Below, piece by piece: positions 20,111-31,198 of a DNA stretch of 64,000 nt. Within the stretch, counting starts at the first letter, position 1; each line of letters starts with the position of its first letter. This DNA is from Guyparkeria sp. (lineage in GTDB: Bacteria > Pseudomonadota > Gammaproteobacteria > Halothiobacillales > Halothiobacillaceae): positions 1,430-65,429 of the forward strand of contig JBHEOB010000002.1 in assembly GCA_046261775.1 (NCBI GenBank), given 5' to 3'. The notes under the pieces are model-generated. The model was not told the origin of the DNA. It made no database searches and worked only from the letters and a program-made list of their open reading frames with translations. Made by a program: the position numbers and the translations under genes.

Positions 20111-20715
20111 GCCGCCCGCATACCCCCGGCGTGGCGGGCCGATTCGCTGCCGGCGCGCTCCTCGGCCTCGCGGGCGCCCTCGTCGTCACCTTGCGCGCGG
20201 CGGGCCTTGGCCACCAACTGCCACGCGGCCGACAGGGTACGGTTGTCCCGAGCGTGCTCGACCGCCCGCAGGGCCAGCTGCTCGGCCTGCTCCGGTTGAT
20301 CTTGTGCCAGGCGCAGCTGAGCGAGGTCCAGCCACAGCCGTGCATTGCCCGGCTCGATCTGCACCGCGCGCTCAAGCGTGGATTGCGCCCCGGCCAGATC
20401 GCCGGACTGGCGTCGTTCGTCGGCTTGGCGCACCAAGGCAAGGACCGCCGGCGAACTGCCCGATTCCTCGCTGTCATCGTCGCGATCGGTCGGCAACGCT
20501 TCTTCTTCCAGATCCGGGCTTTCCAACGGGGTGGAACGCACCTCCGGCTTGGGCTCTTCCTTCGGCGCCTCTTCTCGCTCCGGTTCGCTCGAGCCGGGCG
20601 GCGGCGTCATCGGCGCGCAAGCGGTGACGAGAAACCCTCCCGCCAAGAAAACCGCGAGGCGGAAAGAAAGACCACCTCGGGAAAGGCAGTGGCTGATCGG
20701 CTTGTTACTGTCCAT
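20107..20715 (-). CDS. TPR lipoprotein, LpoP-like PBP1B activator
   Basis: Lipobox VTAC, disordered linker and C-terminal TPRs (LERAVQIEP.N...W). Directly downstream of mrcB, as for Pseudomonas lpoP. Start uncertain. Confidence 0.7.
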   Translation of the reverse strand: MDSNKPISHCLSRGGLSFRLAVFLAGGFLVTACAPMTPPPGSSEPEREEAPKEEPKPEVRSTPLESPDLEEEALPTDRDDDSEESGSSPAVLALVRQADERRQSGDLAGAQSTLERAVQIEPGNARLWLDLAQLRLAQDQPEQAEQLALRAVEHARDNRTLSAAWQLVAKARRAQGDDEGAREAEERAGSESARHAGGMRAA

Positions 20716-20814
20716 TGATCGATACCTGAAATGTCTCGGAAGCCCCACTCATCGTAACCCGGCAACCGCCGGCGGAGAGAGCCGGAGATCGTCGCCACCG
20801 ACCGGCGAATCCGC

Positions 20815-23319
20815 TCAACGGAACCAGTCCCAGATCGTGCCGCCACCCTCGTCCTGGTCGCGGCCACCATCGCAGTCGGCGGCCGGCTCGGGCCGATGCG
20901 CGGCAATGAACGGCAAGGACTCGCCCGGACAACGCTCCGGCACGACAAAGCGTCGCTCCGAGTCGACACGGGCGAAGCGCACCCCACGCGGCGGCGTCAT
21001 GTCGCGTGGCTGGTTGTCGAGACCGGAAAAGGCATCGCCCCAAATCGGCAACGCCGACGACGATCCGGTCAGGTTGGCCGGCCGGTCGTCGTCGCGACCG
21101 ACCCAGATCACGCCGACGCGATTGCCGGTAAACCCGGCGAACCAGGCATCACGACCGTCGTTGGTGGTGCCGGTCTTGCCGGCCACACCAACAGCGGGAG
21201 AGACCATCTGGTTAAGTCGGGTCGACGTGCCCTCGGCTACCACCATCTGCAGGCCGTACTGCAACAGGTAGAGCGGTTCGCGTTCCGTGGCGCGACGCAC
21301 GTCGAGCGAGTAGCGGGACAACGGCTCACCGTCGCGATCAACCACGGTCCGGATCGCACGCAGCGGTGTCATGAAGCCGTCGGCCGAGAGGGTCTGGTAC
21401 ATCTGCGCCACTTCCATCGGCGTCATGTCCATCGAACCCAGCAACATCGAGGGATAGAACGACGATGGCCGTGGCCCGCCCAGTCGCTCGATGGTCTCGA
21501 CGACCGAGTCCAGCCCGACATCGAGCCCCAGTTGCACGCTGGGAACATTTCGCGAATGGACCAACGCCTCGACCAGCGGAGTCGGCCCGTGAAACTCGCG
21601 ACTGTAATTCTGCGGCTTCCAGTCCTCCGAGCCACGCTGCTCGACGGTGATCGGCTCGTCGGCCAACGGGGTGATCAGGTTGTATTCCGACGGCCGGGAC
21701 AGCGCCGTCAGATAGATCGCGGGCTTGATCAGCGAGCCGATCTGGCGGCGGGCATCCAGCGCGCGATCGTAGCCCTCGTAATGGGTGTCGCGCCCACCGA
21801 TCATCGCCTCGATCTCGCCGGTGCTCACCGAGGCGATCACACCGGCGGTCTCCAGGGTGCCGGCCTCGATCCCACGACTGGCCTCGACCTCGTCGAGACG
21901 GGCCGTGCTCTGCTCGAGCGCCTCCTGCACCCGTGGGCGCAGGGTGGTGAAGATATTCAGCCCGCGCGTCCTGAGGTCGTCGGGGTCGTATTGCTCGGTC
22001 AACTGACGGCGGACAAGGTCCACGAAGGCCGGGTGGCGAGCCCGCGAACCGGCGGTGTCGAGCACGCCAAGGGGCCGGCTCTGCCACTCGGCACCGGTGG
22101 TCTGGTCGACCAGCCCCAGCTCGATCATCACGTCGATGACCACATTGCGCCTTGCCAGCGCCCGCTCGGGATTGCGACGCGGGTTGTAGTAGTTGGCACC
22201 CTTGACCATGCCCACGAGCAGGGCGACCTGCTCGGGCCTGAGCTCGCCGATAGGGCGACCAAAATAGAAGCTCGCGGCCAGACCGAAGCCATGGATCGCC
22301 CGACCGCCATCCTGTCCGAGATAGACCTCGTTGAGGTAGGCCTCGAGGATCTTGTCCTTGGGGTAGTGCCACTCCATCTCGAGCGACATGATCATCTCGG
22401 CGAACTTGCGCCGATAGGTCCGATCGTGGGTCAGAAAGAGATTCTTGGCCAGCTGCTGGGTAATGGTGCTGCCGCCCTGCGCCCGTTCGCCCGAGACGAG
22501 GTTGGTCAGAAACGCGCGCAGGATGGCGGTCGGCACCACGCCGTGATGGTCATGGAAGGCGCGATCCTCGACCGCCAGCAGGGTATCGAGCAGAAGGGGC
22601 GCCTCTTCCTGCACGTCCTCGATCGCCAGCAGTACCCGATTCTCGGCGCGATTGGGATAGAGCGTACCGATCGAGCGCGGCTCGAGGCGGACGATGCCGA
22701 GCGATTCGCCGCCCGACCCGTCGAGCTCGGTGACCTGGCCGCCGACGATGCGCACGTCCACCCGTCGGGAAGGCTGGTCGCCGTCCGGGAAGGCAAACGA
22801 ACGGCGGTGAAACGAGACCTGGTTGCCGCGGCGGCGAAACGTGCCCGTTTCCTCGAGCGAATCGGCCGCCACGTAGTTGAGACGCTCCAGCGCCGCGGTC
22901 AGGGTGCCGATGTCCATCGACTGGCCGACGTAGACCTCGTCCGGCGCAGCGTAAACGGTCGCCGGCATGGTGAACAGCGCACCCTCGAAGCGCTCGGTGA
23001 CCCGCTCGTTGAGGTACCACGCCCAGCCGGCCAGCAGCGGCAAGCCGATAACCGCGGCGAGCAAAAGCCCGCGCATGAACCAGCCGAACAGCCGCGCCCG
23101 CCAGCCGCGCCGGGCCGACCCGCCGCGCGGCGTACGCTTCCGCCGCGCGCCCTGGGCACCCTGGGCACCCCGGCGTCGGTTCGTGGCGGTCTTGCCGCCC
23201 GCCGCCCCGTGCTTGCGCCCGCCTTGCGCCTTGGCGCCCCTGGCGGTTTTCCTAGCCGCTTTCTTGGCCGTTCCCTTGGTCTTCGCGTTACCACTACCGT
23301 TGCTGGATGCCACGTTCAA
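20815..23319 (-). CDS. mrcB: Penicillin-binding protein 1B
   Basis: TM anchor, UB2H region, glycosyltransferase motifs EDRAFHDHHG and GGSTITQQL, transpeptidase motifs SLIK, SRN, KTG. Confidence 0.93.
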   Translation of the reverse strand: MNVASSNGSGNAKTKGTAKKAARKTARGAKAQGGRKHGAAGGKTATNRRRGAQGAQGARRKRTPRGGSARRGWRARLFGWFMRGLLLAAVIGLPLLAGWAWYLNERVTERFEGALFTMPATVYAAPDEVYVGQSMDIGTLTAALERLNYVAADSLEETGTFRRRGNQVSFHRRSFAFPDGDQPSRRVDVRIVGGQVTELDGSGGESLGIVRLEPRSIGTLYPNRAENRVLLAIEDVQEEAPLLLDTLLAVEDRAFHDHHGVVPTAILRAFLTNLVSGERAQGGSTITQQLAKNLFLTHDRTYRRKFAEMIMSLEMEWHYPKDKILEAYLNEVYLGQDGGRAIHGFGLAASFYFGRPIGELRPEQVALLVGMVKGANYYNPRRNPERALARRNVVIDVMIELGLVDQTTGAEWQSRPLGVLDTAGSRARHPAFVDLVRRQLTEQYDPDDLRTRGLNIFTTLRPRVQEALEQSTARLDEVEASRGIEAGTLETAGVIASVSTGEIEAMIGGRDTHYEGYDRALDARRQIGSLIKPAIYLTALSRPSEYNLITPLADEPITVEQRGSEDWKPQNYSREFHGPTPLVEALVHSRNVPSVQLGLDVGLDSVVETIERLGGPRPSSFYPSMLLGSMDMTPMEVAQMYQTLSADGFMTPLRAIRTVVDRDGEPLSRYSLDVRRATEREPLYLLQYGLQMVVAEGTSTRLNQMVSPAVGVAGKTGTTNDGRDAWFAGFTGNRVGVIWVGRDDDRPANLTGSSSALPIWGDAFSGLDNQPRDMTPPRGVRFARVDSERRFVVPERCPGESLPFIAAHRPEPAADCDGGRDQDEGGGTIWDWFR

Positions 23320-23478
23320 CCCACGCTGTTACACTTCCGGAAATAAAGCCGACCGCGGTATGACGCGGCCGGAAAACCAGTCTATCAGGCACCGAGTGCG
23401 GGCGAGTGACCGCCAACAGGCGTATCACCACTCGCCCACCCGCCGGGCCGTCTGCCCCATTCGACCCAAGGAGCGCCC

Positions 23479-24993
23479 ATGGCCGAGCACCCGCAAGAGC
23501 GATTGATCGAACGGTTCAAGGAGAACCTTGCCGAGGACGACACCTCGCTCGAACACCTGCAGACACACATTTCGCACGTGTTCCTGACCGGCCCCTGGGC
23601 CTACAAGATCAAGAAGCCGATGAACTTCGGCTTTCTCGACTTCTCGAGCCTCGACCGCCGTCGCCACTTCTGTGAGGAGGAGCTTCGGCTCAACGCCCGT
23701 CTGGCCCCCGAACTCTACGATTCGGTCCTGGGTCTGGATGCCGACGGCAAGCTGATCGAGGCGGATGATGGGGCGGAGGAGTTCGTCATCCGCATGCGCC
23801 GCTTCGACCAGGCCGACCGGCTCGACCACCTCGCCCGCCGCATCGGACTCGACGAGGCGCTGGTCGAGCAGATCGCCGACCAGATCGCCGCCTTCCACGC
23901 CAAGGCCGATATCGCCGCCGCCGAGACGCACTTCGGCGAGCCCGACACCGTCTGGGCGCCGATGCAGCAGAATCTCGAACAGATCGTACCGCTGCTGGAG
24001 ACCGACGCCGATCGCGAGCGGGTGGCCGAGATGGATCGCCTTTCCCGCGCGGCCTTCGAGGCCGTCCGGCCGACGCTGGCGCAACGCAAGCGCGAGGGGC
24101 ACATCCGCGAATGCCACGGCGACATGCACCTGGCCAACATGGCCCTGCAGGACGGGTCTGTGACCATCTTCGACGGCATCGAGTTCAATGACGATTTCCG
24201 CTGGACCGACACGGCCAACGATCTCGCCTTTGCGCTGATGGACCTTCACAAGCGCAAGCTGATCGGCCCGGCGCGCCAGCTGCTCAACCGCTATCTGGAG
24301 ATCAGCGGCGACTACGAGGCACTGCCGACTCTGCGCTTCTACCAGGGCTACCGGGCCGCGGTGCGTGCCAAGATCGCCCTGCTCGGCCTGCGTGACGGCA
24401 TGCCCGACGAGGAGCGCGAGGCGGCCTGGGCCGATTTCCGCGACTACACCGATCTGGCCAACGCCTTCTTCACCCCGGCCCGCGGCGAGCTGTTCATCAC
24501 CATGGGCGTGAGCGGCAGCGGCAAGTCACTGGCCAGCCAGGAACTGGTTCTCGCGCGCGGCGCGATCCGGGTGCGCTCGGACGCCGAGCGCCAGCGGATG
24601 TTCACCGATCCGGCCGAGCGCTATACCGCGATGGCGAACGACAGCACCTACGACCGGCTCTCGGCGATTGCACGGATGGGCGCGGCAAGCGGCTGGCCGA
24701 TGGCGATGGATGCGACCTTCCTCGAGCGCGCCCGCCGCCAGCAATTCGAGACGCTGGCCGACGAAATCGGCGCGCCCTACACCATCCTGTTCATCGAGTG
24801 CGACAACGAGCAGTTGCTCAAGTACCTGCGTGAGCGCCAGGTCCACGGCGGCGACATCTCGGAGGCCGACGAACAGGTGTTGCAGCAGCAATTGCAGAAA
24901 CTCGAGTCGCTCGGCCCCGACGAGGCCCGCCATTGTGTGCGCCTCAAGTGCGACAGCCCGTTCGGACCGCAGATCGCCGAGCGGCTGGAATAG
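23479..24993 (+). CDS. Bifunctional aminoglycoside-phosphotransferase-like / AAA_33 kinase protein
   Basis: THISHVFL..YKIKK, ECHGDMHLAN, FDGIEFN, P-loop GVSGSGKS, DATFL. A commonly mrcB-adjacent family. Confidence 0.85.
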   Translation: MAEHPQERLIERFKENLAEDDTSLEHLQTHISHVFLTGPWAYKIKKPMNFGFLDFSSLDRRRHFCEEELRLNARLAPELYDSVLGLDADGKLIEADDGAEEFVIRMRRFDQADRLDHLARRIGLDEALVEQIADQIAAFHAKADIAAAETHFGEPDTVWAPMQQNLEQIVPLLETDADRERVAEMDRLSRAAFEAVRPTLAQRKREGHIRECHGDMHLANMALQDGSVTIFDGIEFNDDFRWTDTANDLAFALMDLHKRKLIGPARQLLNRYLEISGDYEALPTLRFYQGYRAAVRAKIALLGLRDGMPDEEREAAWADFRDYTDLANAFFTPARGELFITMGVSGSGKSLASQELVLARGAIRVRSDAERQRMFTDPAERYTAMANDSTYDRLSAIARMGAASGWPMAMDATFLERARRQQFETLADEIGAPYTILFIECDNEQLLKYLRERQVHGGDISEADEQVLQQQLQKLESLGPDEARHCVRLKCDSPFGPQIAERLE

Positions 24994-25010
24994 CCCCTCT
25001 CCAAGGCGGT

Positions 25011-25136
25011 GTGGGAGCGAGCCTCGCTCGTGAAGCGCGCCGCAGGCGCGTTGGCCCCGCTCAAGGTCGCCTCGGTGCGTGAACGATACGGGGATGGCGG
25101 CTGACGCCGCCCCTCGCGCGCAAGGCGCGCTCCCGC
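25011..25136. repeat. REPIN-like element, copy 2 (inverted relative to 4468-4591)
   Basis: GTGGGAGCGAGCCTCGCTCGTGAA ... TCGCGCGCAAGGCGCGCTCCCGC. Shares internal hairpins GGCGGCGTCAGCCGCC and CGCGCC..GGCGCG with copy 1. Confidence 0.75.
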
Positions 25137-25179
25137 AATCGGGCACGTCGAGCGGGGAGCGCCGTGGCTATCCTGCCGG

Positions 25180-26616
25180 CTACTCCACCGATTCAATCAC
25201 CGCCCCGCCGCGAATGGCATCTACCGCCAGCCGGTACATGTCGATGTCCAGAGGGTGGTCGTCACTGCCTGCCAGCAAATCGGACAGGTCCGCATCGCTG
25301 TGCGCCGTACCGAGATAACGCCAGTGGCGAAAGACATGCCGCTCGACCCTGTCGTCGCGCATTTCACGAATGGCGATCGCGCCGGAGTAGGGCCAGGCCT
25401 CGAGTGCCAGCGGGCCGAGTGCCTGTTTGAGACGCAACCGATGAGCGATCTCGGCCTCCCGCCCGGCGCACAGGCCACCGCACTGACCGATCTGGTGAGC
25501 GAAGCAGGCGCGTCCCGAGCCGTTTTCCAGTCCGAGGTATTGCGGGCAGAGCCGGTGCACCTTGGCCAGTTCCCCCAAGCGCTCGCGCGCCTTCATCCGT
25601 GAGCGGAACACGCCGTGCGCCCGGCCGAGTTCGGCCGGGTCGAGGTCGTCGATCCGCACCAGCGTAGGAGGTTCGGGGGATTCGTCGTCCCAGTACCAAG
25701 CCAGCAGGCCGCGACGCGCCCGCAGGCGGCGATTGAAGATCGGCTGTTCGCGCTTGACCAGGCGGGCCTCGGTGAGCAGCGCACCGACCTCCCCGGCCGT
25801 CTCGATCCAGTCGATCTCGTGCGTCTGCTGAGCCATGCGCATCTCGCGGTCGTTGCGATGGTCGTCGGCGAAGTGCGCGCGCACCCGCGAGCGCAGGTTG
25901 ACGCTCTTGCCCACGTAGAGCAGCGCGCCCTGTTCGCCGAAGAAGCGGTAGACACCCGGCACGGCGGGCACGGCATCGAGGCGCAGCGGATCGAGATTGG
26001 GTGGCGTGCTGGCACGTCGGATCTGGCGTTCCAACGCATCGATCACGGTGTCCACGCCGTCACGCTCGACAAAGCGCGCCAGCAGCGCCGGCAGGGCCTG
26101 GCAATCGCCCATCGCCCGGTGACGATCGCCCACGGGCAACGCGTGACGAGTGATCAGGGAATCGAGGTTGTGGCGACGCTCGCCGCGATCGAGCAGTCGC
26201 GACAGCTTGACCGTGCACAGCTCGCGCAGCGCGACCACCTGCCCGGCATCACGGAAGGCATTGCGCAGGAATCCCGCATCGAAACGGGCGTTGTGGGCGA
26301 CAAGCAGGCGACCGTCCAGCATCGCGCGCAGTTCATCGACCAGCCGGGGGAACACCGGCGCGCCCGCCACCATCTCGTCGCTGATGCCGGTCAGGCGGGT
26401 GATGGTCGGAGGAATCGTCACGCCCGGATCGACCAGGCACTGGAACGGCTCGCCCACCACCCCGCCATCGACGGGGATCACGGCGATCTCGGTAATCCGG
26501 TCGCGCGTGGGGCGCGTGCCGGTGGTTTCCAGATCGACGAAGGCCAGACGGTCAAAAGGCGCTGGCAACGATGCCAGCGCCTCCATGCGCATGCCGGGTT
26601 GGGAGAAGTCAGTCAA
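25180..26616 (-). CDS. DEDDh (DnaQ-like) exonuclease fused to GIY-YIG/UvrC-Cho-like domain
   Basis: VDLETTG, AHNARFD, HRAMGD, then PGVYRF..LYVGKSVNLRSRV. Possible TTGA overlap with the hom stop. Confidence 0.85.
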   Translation of the reverse strand: MTDFSQPGMRMEALASLPAPFDRLAFVDLETTGTRPTRDRITEIAVIPVDGGVVGEPFQCLVDPGVTIPPTITRLTGISDEMVAGAPVFPRLVDELRAMLDGRLLVAHNARFDAGFLRNAFRDAGQVVALRELCTVKLSRLLDRGERRHNLDSLITRHALPVGDRHRAMGDCQALPALLARFVERDGVDTVIDALERQIRRASTPPNLDPLRLDAVPAVPGVYRFFGEQGALLYVGKSVNLRSRVRAHFADDHRNDREMRMAQQTHEIDWIETAGEVGALLTEARLVKREQPIFNRRLRARRGLLAWYWDDESPEPPTLVRIDDLDPAELGRAHGVFRSRMKARERLGELAKVHRLCPQYLGLENGSGRACFAHQIGQCGGLCAGREAEIAHRLRLKQALGPLALEAWPYSGAIAIREMRDDRVERHVFRHWRYLGTAHSDADLSDLLAGSDDHPLDIDMYRLAVDAIRGGAVIESVE

Positions 26617-27959
26617 CCGTCGAGCGACTCCACCCGCATGCGTACCACCGGGGCTCGAACCGTGTCGAGTGCCTCGATCTCGGCGAGTGCATCGTCCATG
26701 TCCTTCTCGCGCACCTGGTGGGTGAGCATGACGATGGGGAGCGTGCGCTCGTCCTCGGTCATCTCCTTCTGCATCATCGCCTCGATGGAGATCTCGTGGT
26801 CGGCAAGGATCTGGGCGATGCGCGCCAACACGCCACGCTTGTCCTCGACCGCAAAGCGCAGGTAGTAGGCCGTGGCGATCGAGGCCATCGGCACCACCGG
26901 CATGTCGCTGATCTGATCCGGCACCACGGCCAGGTGCGGCACGCGGTGGGTCGGGTCGGCGGTGAGCGTACGCACCACGTCGACGAGATCGGCGACCACC
27001 GCCGAGGCGGTAGGCTCGGCACCGGCACCGGCACCGTAGTACATGGTCGGGCCGACCGAATCGCCCCAGACCAGGATCGCGTTCTTCACGCCGTCGACGC
27101 GAGCCAGCAGGCGACTCTCAGGAATCAGGGTCGGATGCACGCGCAGCTCGACGCCATCGTCGCGCTGGCGCGCGATGCCAAGGTGCTTGACCTGGTAGCC
27201 GAACTCGCCGGCGTAACGAACGTCATCGGTCTCGATGCCGCTAATGCCTTCCGTGTAGACCTCGTCGAACTTGAGCGGCATACCGAAGGCGATCGCCGCG
27301 AGGATGGTCAGCTTGTGGGCGGCATCGATGCCCTCGACGTCGAACGTCGGGTCGGCCTCGGCAAAACCCAGGTACTGGGCCTCGGCGAGCACCTCGGCGA
27401 ACGCCCGGCCTTCGTCGCGCATGGCGGTGAGAATGTAGTTGCCGGTGCCGTTGATAATGCCGGCCAGCCACTCGATGCGGTTGCCCGCCAAGCCCTCTCG
27501 GATCGCCTTGATGATCGGGATGCCGCCGGCGACGGCCGCCTCGAAGGCGACCATGGTGTGATGCCGCTGGGCCAGCTCGAACAGCTCCATGCCCTCGTGG
27601 GCGACCAGCGCCTTGTTGGCGGTGACCACCGGCTTACCCAGTTCGAGCGCGCGCCGCATCAGGTCACTGGCCGGCTGCATGCCGCCGATCAGTTCGACCA
27701 CCACGTCGACCTCGGGGTTCTCGACCACCTCCATCGGGTTGGTGGTCAGCAGGATGCCGTCCAGCGGGCAGATGCGCGGGGCATCAAGGTTGCGCGCTGC
27801 GGCATGCACCACCTCGATGCGTCGACCGGCACGACGGGCGATCTCCTCGGCATTGCGGATCAGGACATTGACCACGCCTCCGCCGACGGTACCCAGGCCC
27901 AGCAGGCCGACACGGACCGGCGGCCATTGTTCGTATTGATTCATCTGCATGTCGTTCAT
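26613..27959 (-). CDS. hom: Homoserine dehydrogenase (with ACT domain)
   Basis: [53 protein letters not shown] overlap with alaC. Confidence 0.95.
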   Translation of the reverse strand: MNDMQMNQYEQWPPVRVGLLGLGTVGGGVVNVLIRNAEEIARRAGRRIEVVHAAARNLDAPRICPLDGILLTTNPMEVVENPEVDVVVELIGGMQPASDLMRRALELGKPVVTANKALVAHEGMELFELAQRHHTMVAFEAAVAGGIPIIKAIREGLAGNRIEWLAGIINGTGNYILTAMRDEGRAFAEVLAEAQYLGFAEADPTFDVEGIDAAHKLTILAAIAFGMPLKFDEVYTEGISGIETDDVRYAGEFGYQVKHLGIARQRDDGVELRVHPTLIPESRLLARVDGVKNAILVWGDSVGPTMYYGAGAGAEPTASAVVADLVDVVRTLTADPTHRVPHLAVVPDQISDMPVVPMASIATAYYLRFAVEDKRGVLARIAQILADHEISIEAMMQKEMTEDERTLPIVMLTHQVREKDMDDALAEIEALDTVRAPVVRMRVESLDG

Positions 27960-29164
27960 TGTCCTCCCTCCGACGGTACGGGCACTCCGTGGGCACGGAA
28001 CATCGCCTTGATGCCACGGATAGCCTGCCGTGTGCGGTGTTCGTTCTCGATCAGGGAGAAACGCACGTGATCGTCGCCGTAATCGCCAAAGCCGATGCCC
28101 GGCGAGACGGCCACCTTGGCCTCGGCCAGCAGCAGCTTGGTGAATTCCAGCGAGCCCAGGTGGGCGAACGCCTCGGGGATCTTCGCCCAGACGAACATGG
28201 TCGCCTTGGGCGGCTCGACCGGCCAGCCGGCGGCGTTCAGGCCCTCGCAGAGCACGTCGCGACGGCGGCGATACATGTCGCATATCTCGTCCACGCAGGT
28301 CTGGTCGCCCTCGAGCGCGAGGATCGAGGCGACCTGGATGGGCGTGAAGGTACCGTAATCGAAGTACGACTTGATCCGCGCCAGCGCATTGACGAGCGTC
28401 GGGTTGCCCACCATGAAGCCCACGCGCCAACCGGGCATGTTGTAGCTCTTCGACAGGGTGAAGAACTCGACCGCCACGTCCTTCGCACCCGGCACCTCCA
28501 TGATCGACGGGGCCCTGTAGCCGTCGAAGACGATGTCGGCATAGGCGAGATCGTGCACCACCCAGATGCCCGCCTCGCGGCAGATCTCGACCACCTTCTC
28601 GAAGAAATCCAGCTCCACGCACTGCGTGGTCGGGTTCGCCGGGAAGTTGAGGATCAGCATCTTCGGCTTGGGCCAGGTCTCCTTGATAGCCCGCGTGAGC
28701 TCTTCGAAGAAATCCACCTCCGGAGTCAGGCGCACGTGGCGGATGTCGGCATCCGCGATCACCGAGCCGTAGGGATGGATCGGGTAGGCCGGGTTGGGCA
28801 CCAGCACGGTATCCCCCGCCGACATGGTCGCCATCGCGAGGTGACCGAGGCCCTCCTTGGAGCCGATGGTGACGATCGCCTCGGACTCGGGGTCGATCTC
28901 CACGTCGTAGCGGTTCTTGTACCAGTTCGCGATCGCCCGGCGCAGGCGCGGAATCCCCTTGGACTGCGAGTAGCGATGCGTGTCGCCGCGACGGGTGGCC
29001 TCGACCATCTTCTCGACGATATGCGGCGGCGTCGGCTGATCGGGATTGCCCATGCCGAAATCGACGATGTCCTCGCCGGCGGCACGAGCCTTCGCCTTGA
29101 GATCGCCAATGATATTGAAGACGTAGGGCGGCAGTCGCTTGATGCGGGCGAAATGTTCGTTCAC
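27956..29164 (-). CDS. alaC: Alanine transaminase AlaC (class I/II PLP aminotransferase)
   Basis: [29 protein letters not shown]; canonical alaC-hom linkage. Confidence 0.92.
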   Translation of the reverse strand: MNEHFARIKRLPPYVFNIIGDLKAKARAAGEDIVDFGMGNPDQPTPPHIVEKMVEATRRGDTHRYSQSKGIPRLRRAIANWYKNRYDVEIDPESEAIVTIGSKEGLGHLAMATMSAGDTVLVPNPAYPIHPYGSVIADADIRHVRLTPEVDFFEELTRAIKETWPKPKMLILNFPANPTTQCVELDFFEKVVEICREAGIWVVHDLAYADIVFDGYRAPSIMEVPGAKDVAVEFFTLSKSYNMPGWRVGFMVGNPTLVNALARIKSYFDYGTFTPIQVASILALEGDQTCVDEICDMYRRRRDVLCEGLNAAGWPVEPPKATMFVWAKIPEAFAHLGSLEFTKLLLAEAKVAVSPGIGFGDYGDDHVRFSLIENEHRTRQAIRGIKAMFRAHGVPVPSEGGQ

Positions 29165-29570
29165 TTGGATTCAGACACGTCTTGGAAAGGTGGACAGAAC
29201 GACGCCGGGTCGGTGGGAGGCCAGGCGCGGTCAAAGGGTACAGACAGTAAGGAGCGGGGCCCATTCTGTCAATTCGCAACCGCCCGGCAAGCCTTGAAGA
29301 AAGTCGGTGACACCGGCCAACGGTCAACTCGAGTTTGGGGCGCCATGAACCCGTCAGCAGAAACGCGCCGAACCGAATGAAATCATTTTCAACACATCGC
29401 ATCGCGGTGAGACCGATTGCCCTGGAGATCGAGCTTCTAGCGAGTGGTCGGCTTGACCAAAAATAGGTCGGGCTCGCGTGCAGCCGTGAACACACATGCT
29501 AAAGTTCGGGAAATTTCTCGGTCACGGACGACCCGCCGATGGCGGCGTCCGGCGACATCAAGGAGCCCCA

Positions 29571-31136
29571 ATGAGTCAATCGTCGTCTTCCCAACCATCT
29601 CAAGAAACCGGTCTCGCCCGCTTCGGTGATCCGCTGGTCCTGATCCTGACCATCGGCTTCGTGCTCGCATTCATCGGCCTTTCCCTCTGGGACGTGGACA
29701 GGGTTGCAGACGGCATCGGCGCGGGGTTCGCCTGGACGGCACAGGTGCTGGGCTCCTACTTTCAGGCCTTCCTGCTACTGACGTTCTTCATCGGCATTGG
29801 CGTGGCCCTCTCGCCGGCGGCAAAGGCTCGGGTCGGCGATCTGGAAACGCCGGAAATGAGCACCTTCAAGTGGCTCTCGATCATCATGTGCACCCTGCTC
29901 GCGGGCGGGGGCGTGTTCTTCGCCGCCGGCGAGCCGGTCTATCATTTCCTGGTCACCCCGCCGGCCTTCGACACGGAGGCCGGAACGGCCGAGGCGGTCG
30001 CCGGTGCCCTGGCACAGTCGTTCATGCACTGGGGCTTTCTGGCCTGGGCGGTGCTGGGTTCGCTGACCGCCGTGGTGCTGGCCTACGCGCATTACGTCAA
30101 GGGCCAGCCGCTGCGACCGCGCACTCTGCTCTACCCGGTGTTCGGTGAGCGCATCATGCGCGGCTGGTTCGGCGGACTGGTCGATTCATTCTGCGTGATC
30201 GCGGTCGTCGCCGGCACGGTCGGTCCGATCGGCTTCCTGGCCACGCAATTGAGCTTCGGCCTGTCTGAACTGTTCGGCCTGCCGGCGACCTTCGCCACCC
30301 AACTGGGGATCCTGGCCTTCCTGGGCGTCGTCTACATCACCTCGGCGGTCACCGGGGTGCACCGGGGCATCCAATGGCTCAGCCGCTTCAACGTACTGCT
30401 GGCGATCGCGATCGGCGCGGTGATATTCGTCTTCGGCCCCACCCTGTTCCTGATCAACTCCTACATCCAGGGAATGGGCACCTACGTCTCCTCGTTCTTC
30501 CCGATGGCCACCATGACCGCCGAGACCGCGCCGGGCTGGTGGATGCAGTGGTGGACCGTGTTCTTCTTCGCCTGGTTCATCGGCTACGCGCCTCTGATGG
30601 CGGTGTTCGTGGCGCGTATTTCGCGCGGGCGCACCATCCGCCAGATGATTCTTGCCGTGGCCGTGATGGCGCCGATTGCCACCACCATCTGGTTCACCCT
30701 GCTGGGCGGTTCGGGTATTTACTATCAGCTCAACGGCGTGTTCGACCTCGCGGAACCACTGAACAACTTCCAGTTCGACGTGGCAACACTCTCGGTCGCC
30801 CAGGCGCTTCCGGGCGGCACCTGGATGGCCGCGGCGATCATGCTGCTCACGCTGATCTTCGTTGCCACGACCGGGGACTCGATGAGCTACTCCATCGCCA
30901 TGGTGGGCTCCGGCCATGACGCACCGCATCCGCTCATCCGCGCCTTCTGGGGCGGCGTGATGGCAGTGATGGCCGCCATGCTGCTCTACATGGGCGCCGG
31001 CCAGATCAGCGTGCTGCAGCAATTCATCGTGATCACCGCCATTCCGGTCTCGCTGATCCTGCTGCCTTCGCTCTGGACCGGGCCCAAAACGGCCTACGCC
31101 ATGGCCCGGGCGCAAGGGCTGCTTCCGGAGAAGTAG
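29571..31136 (+). CDS. BCCT-family transporter (atypical subtype)
   Basis: About 12 TMs, PEMSTFKW, HWGFLAW, WTVFFFAWFIGYAP, ARISRGRTIRQ. AGGAG RBS precedes ATG 29571. Confidence 0.88.
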   Translation: MSQSSSSQPSQETGLARFGDPLVLILTIGFVLAFIGLSLWDVDRVADGIGAGFAWTAQVLGSYFQAFLLLTFFIGIGVALSPAAKARVGDLETPEMSTFKWLSIIMCTLLAGGGVFFAAGEPVYHFLVTPPAFDTEAGTAEAVAGALAQSFMHWGFLAWAVLGSLTAVVLAYAHYVKGQPLRPRTLLYPVFGERIMRGWFGGLVDSFCVIAVVAGTVGPIGFLATQLSFGLSELFGLPATFATQLGILAFLGVVYITSAVTGVHRGIQWLSRFNVLLAIAIGAVIFVFGPTLFLINSYIQGMGTYVSSFFPMATMTAETAPGWWMQWWTVFFFAWFIGYAPLMAVFVARISRGRTIRQMILAVAVMAPIATTIWFTLLGGSGIYYQLNGVFDLAEPLNNFQFDVATLSVAQALPGGTWMAAAIMLLTLIFVATTGDSMSYSIAMVGSGHDAPHPLIRAFWGGVMAVMAAMLLYMGAGQISVLQQFIVITAIPVSLILLPSLWTGPKTAYAMARAQGLLPEK

Positions 31137-31198
31137 CCGACAGGTTGATCTTGCCCTGCCTATACTCGCGGGGATTCCAACCCGGAGGAGCCAGTCAC

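Noticed and set aside
23100-23319. Histone-like Lys/Arg/Ala-rich N-terminus of PBP1B (and similar RsxC tail)
   Set aside because: Basic disordered tails are normal for these families.
26613-29495. 960 aa ORF in the track as a fusion protein
   Set aside because: The N-terminal half is an off-frame reading through alaC; real hom starts at 27959.
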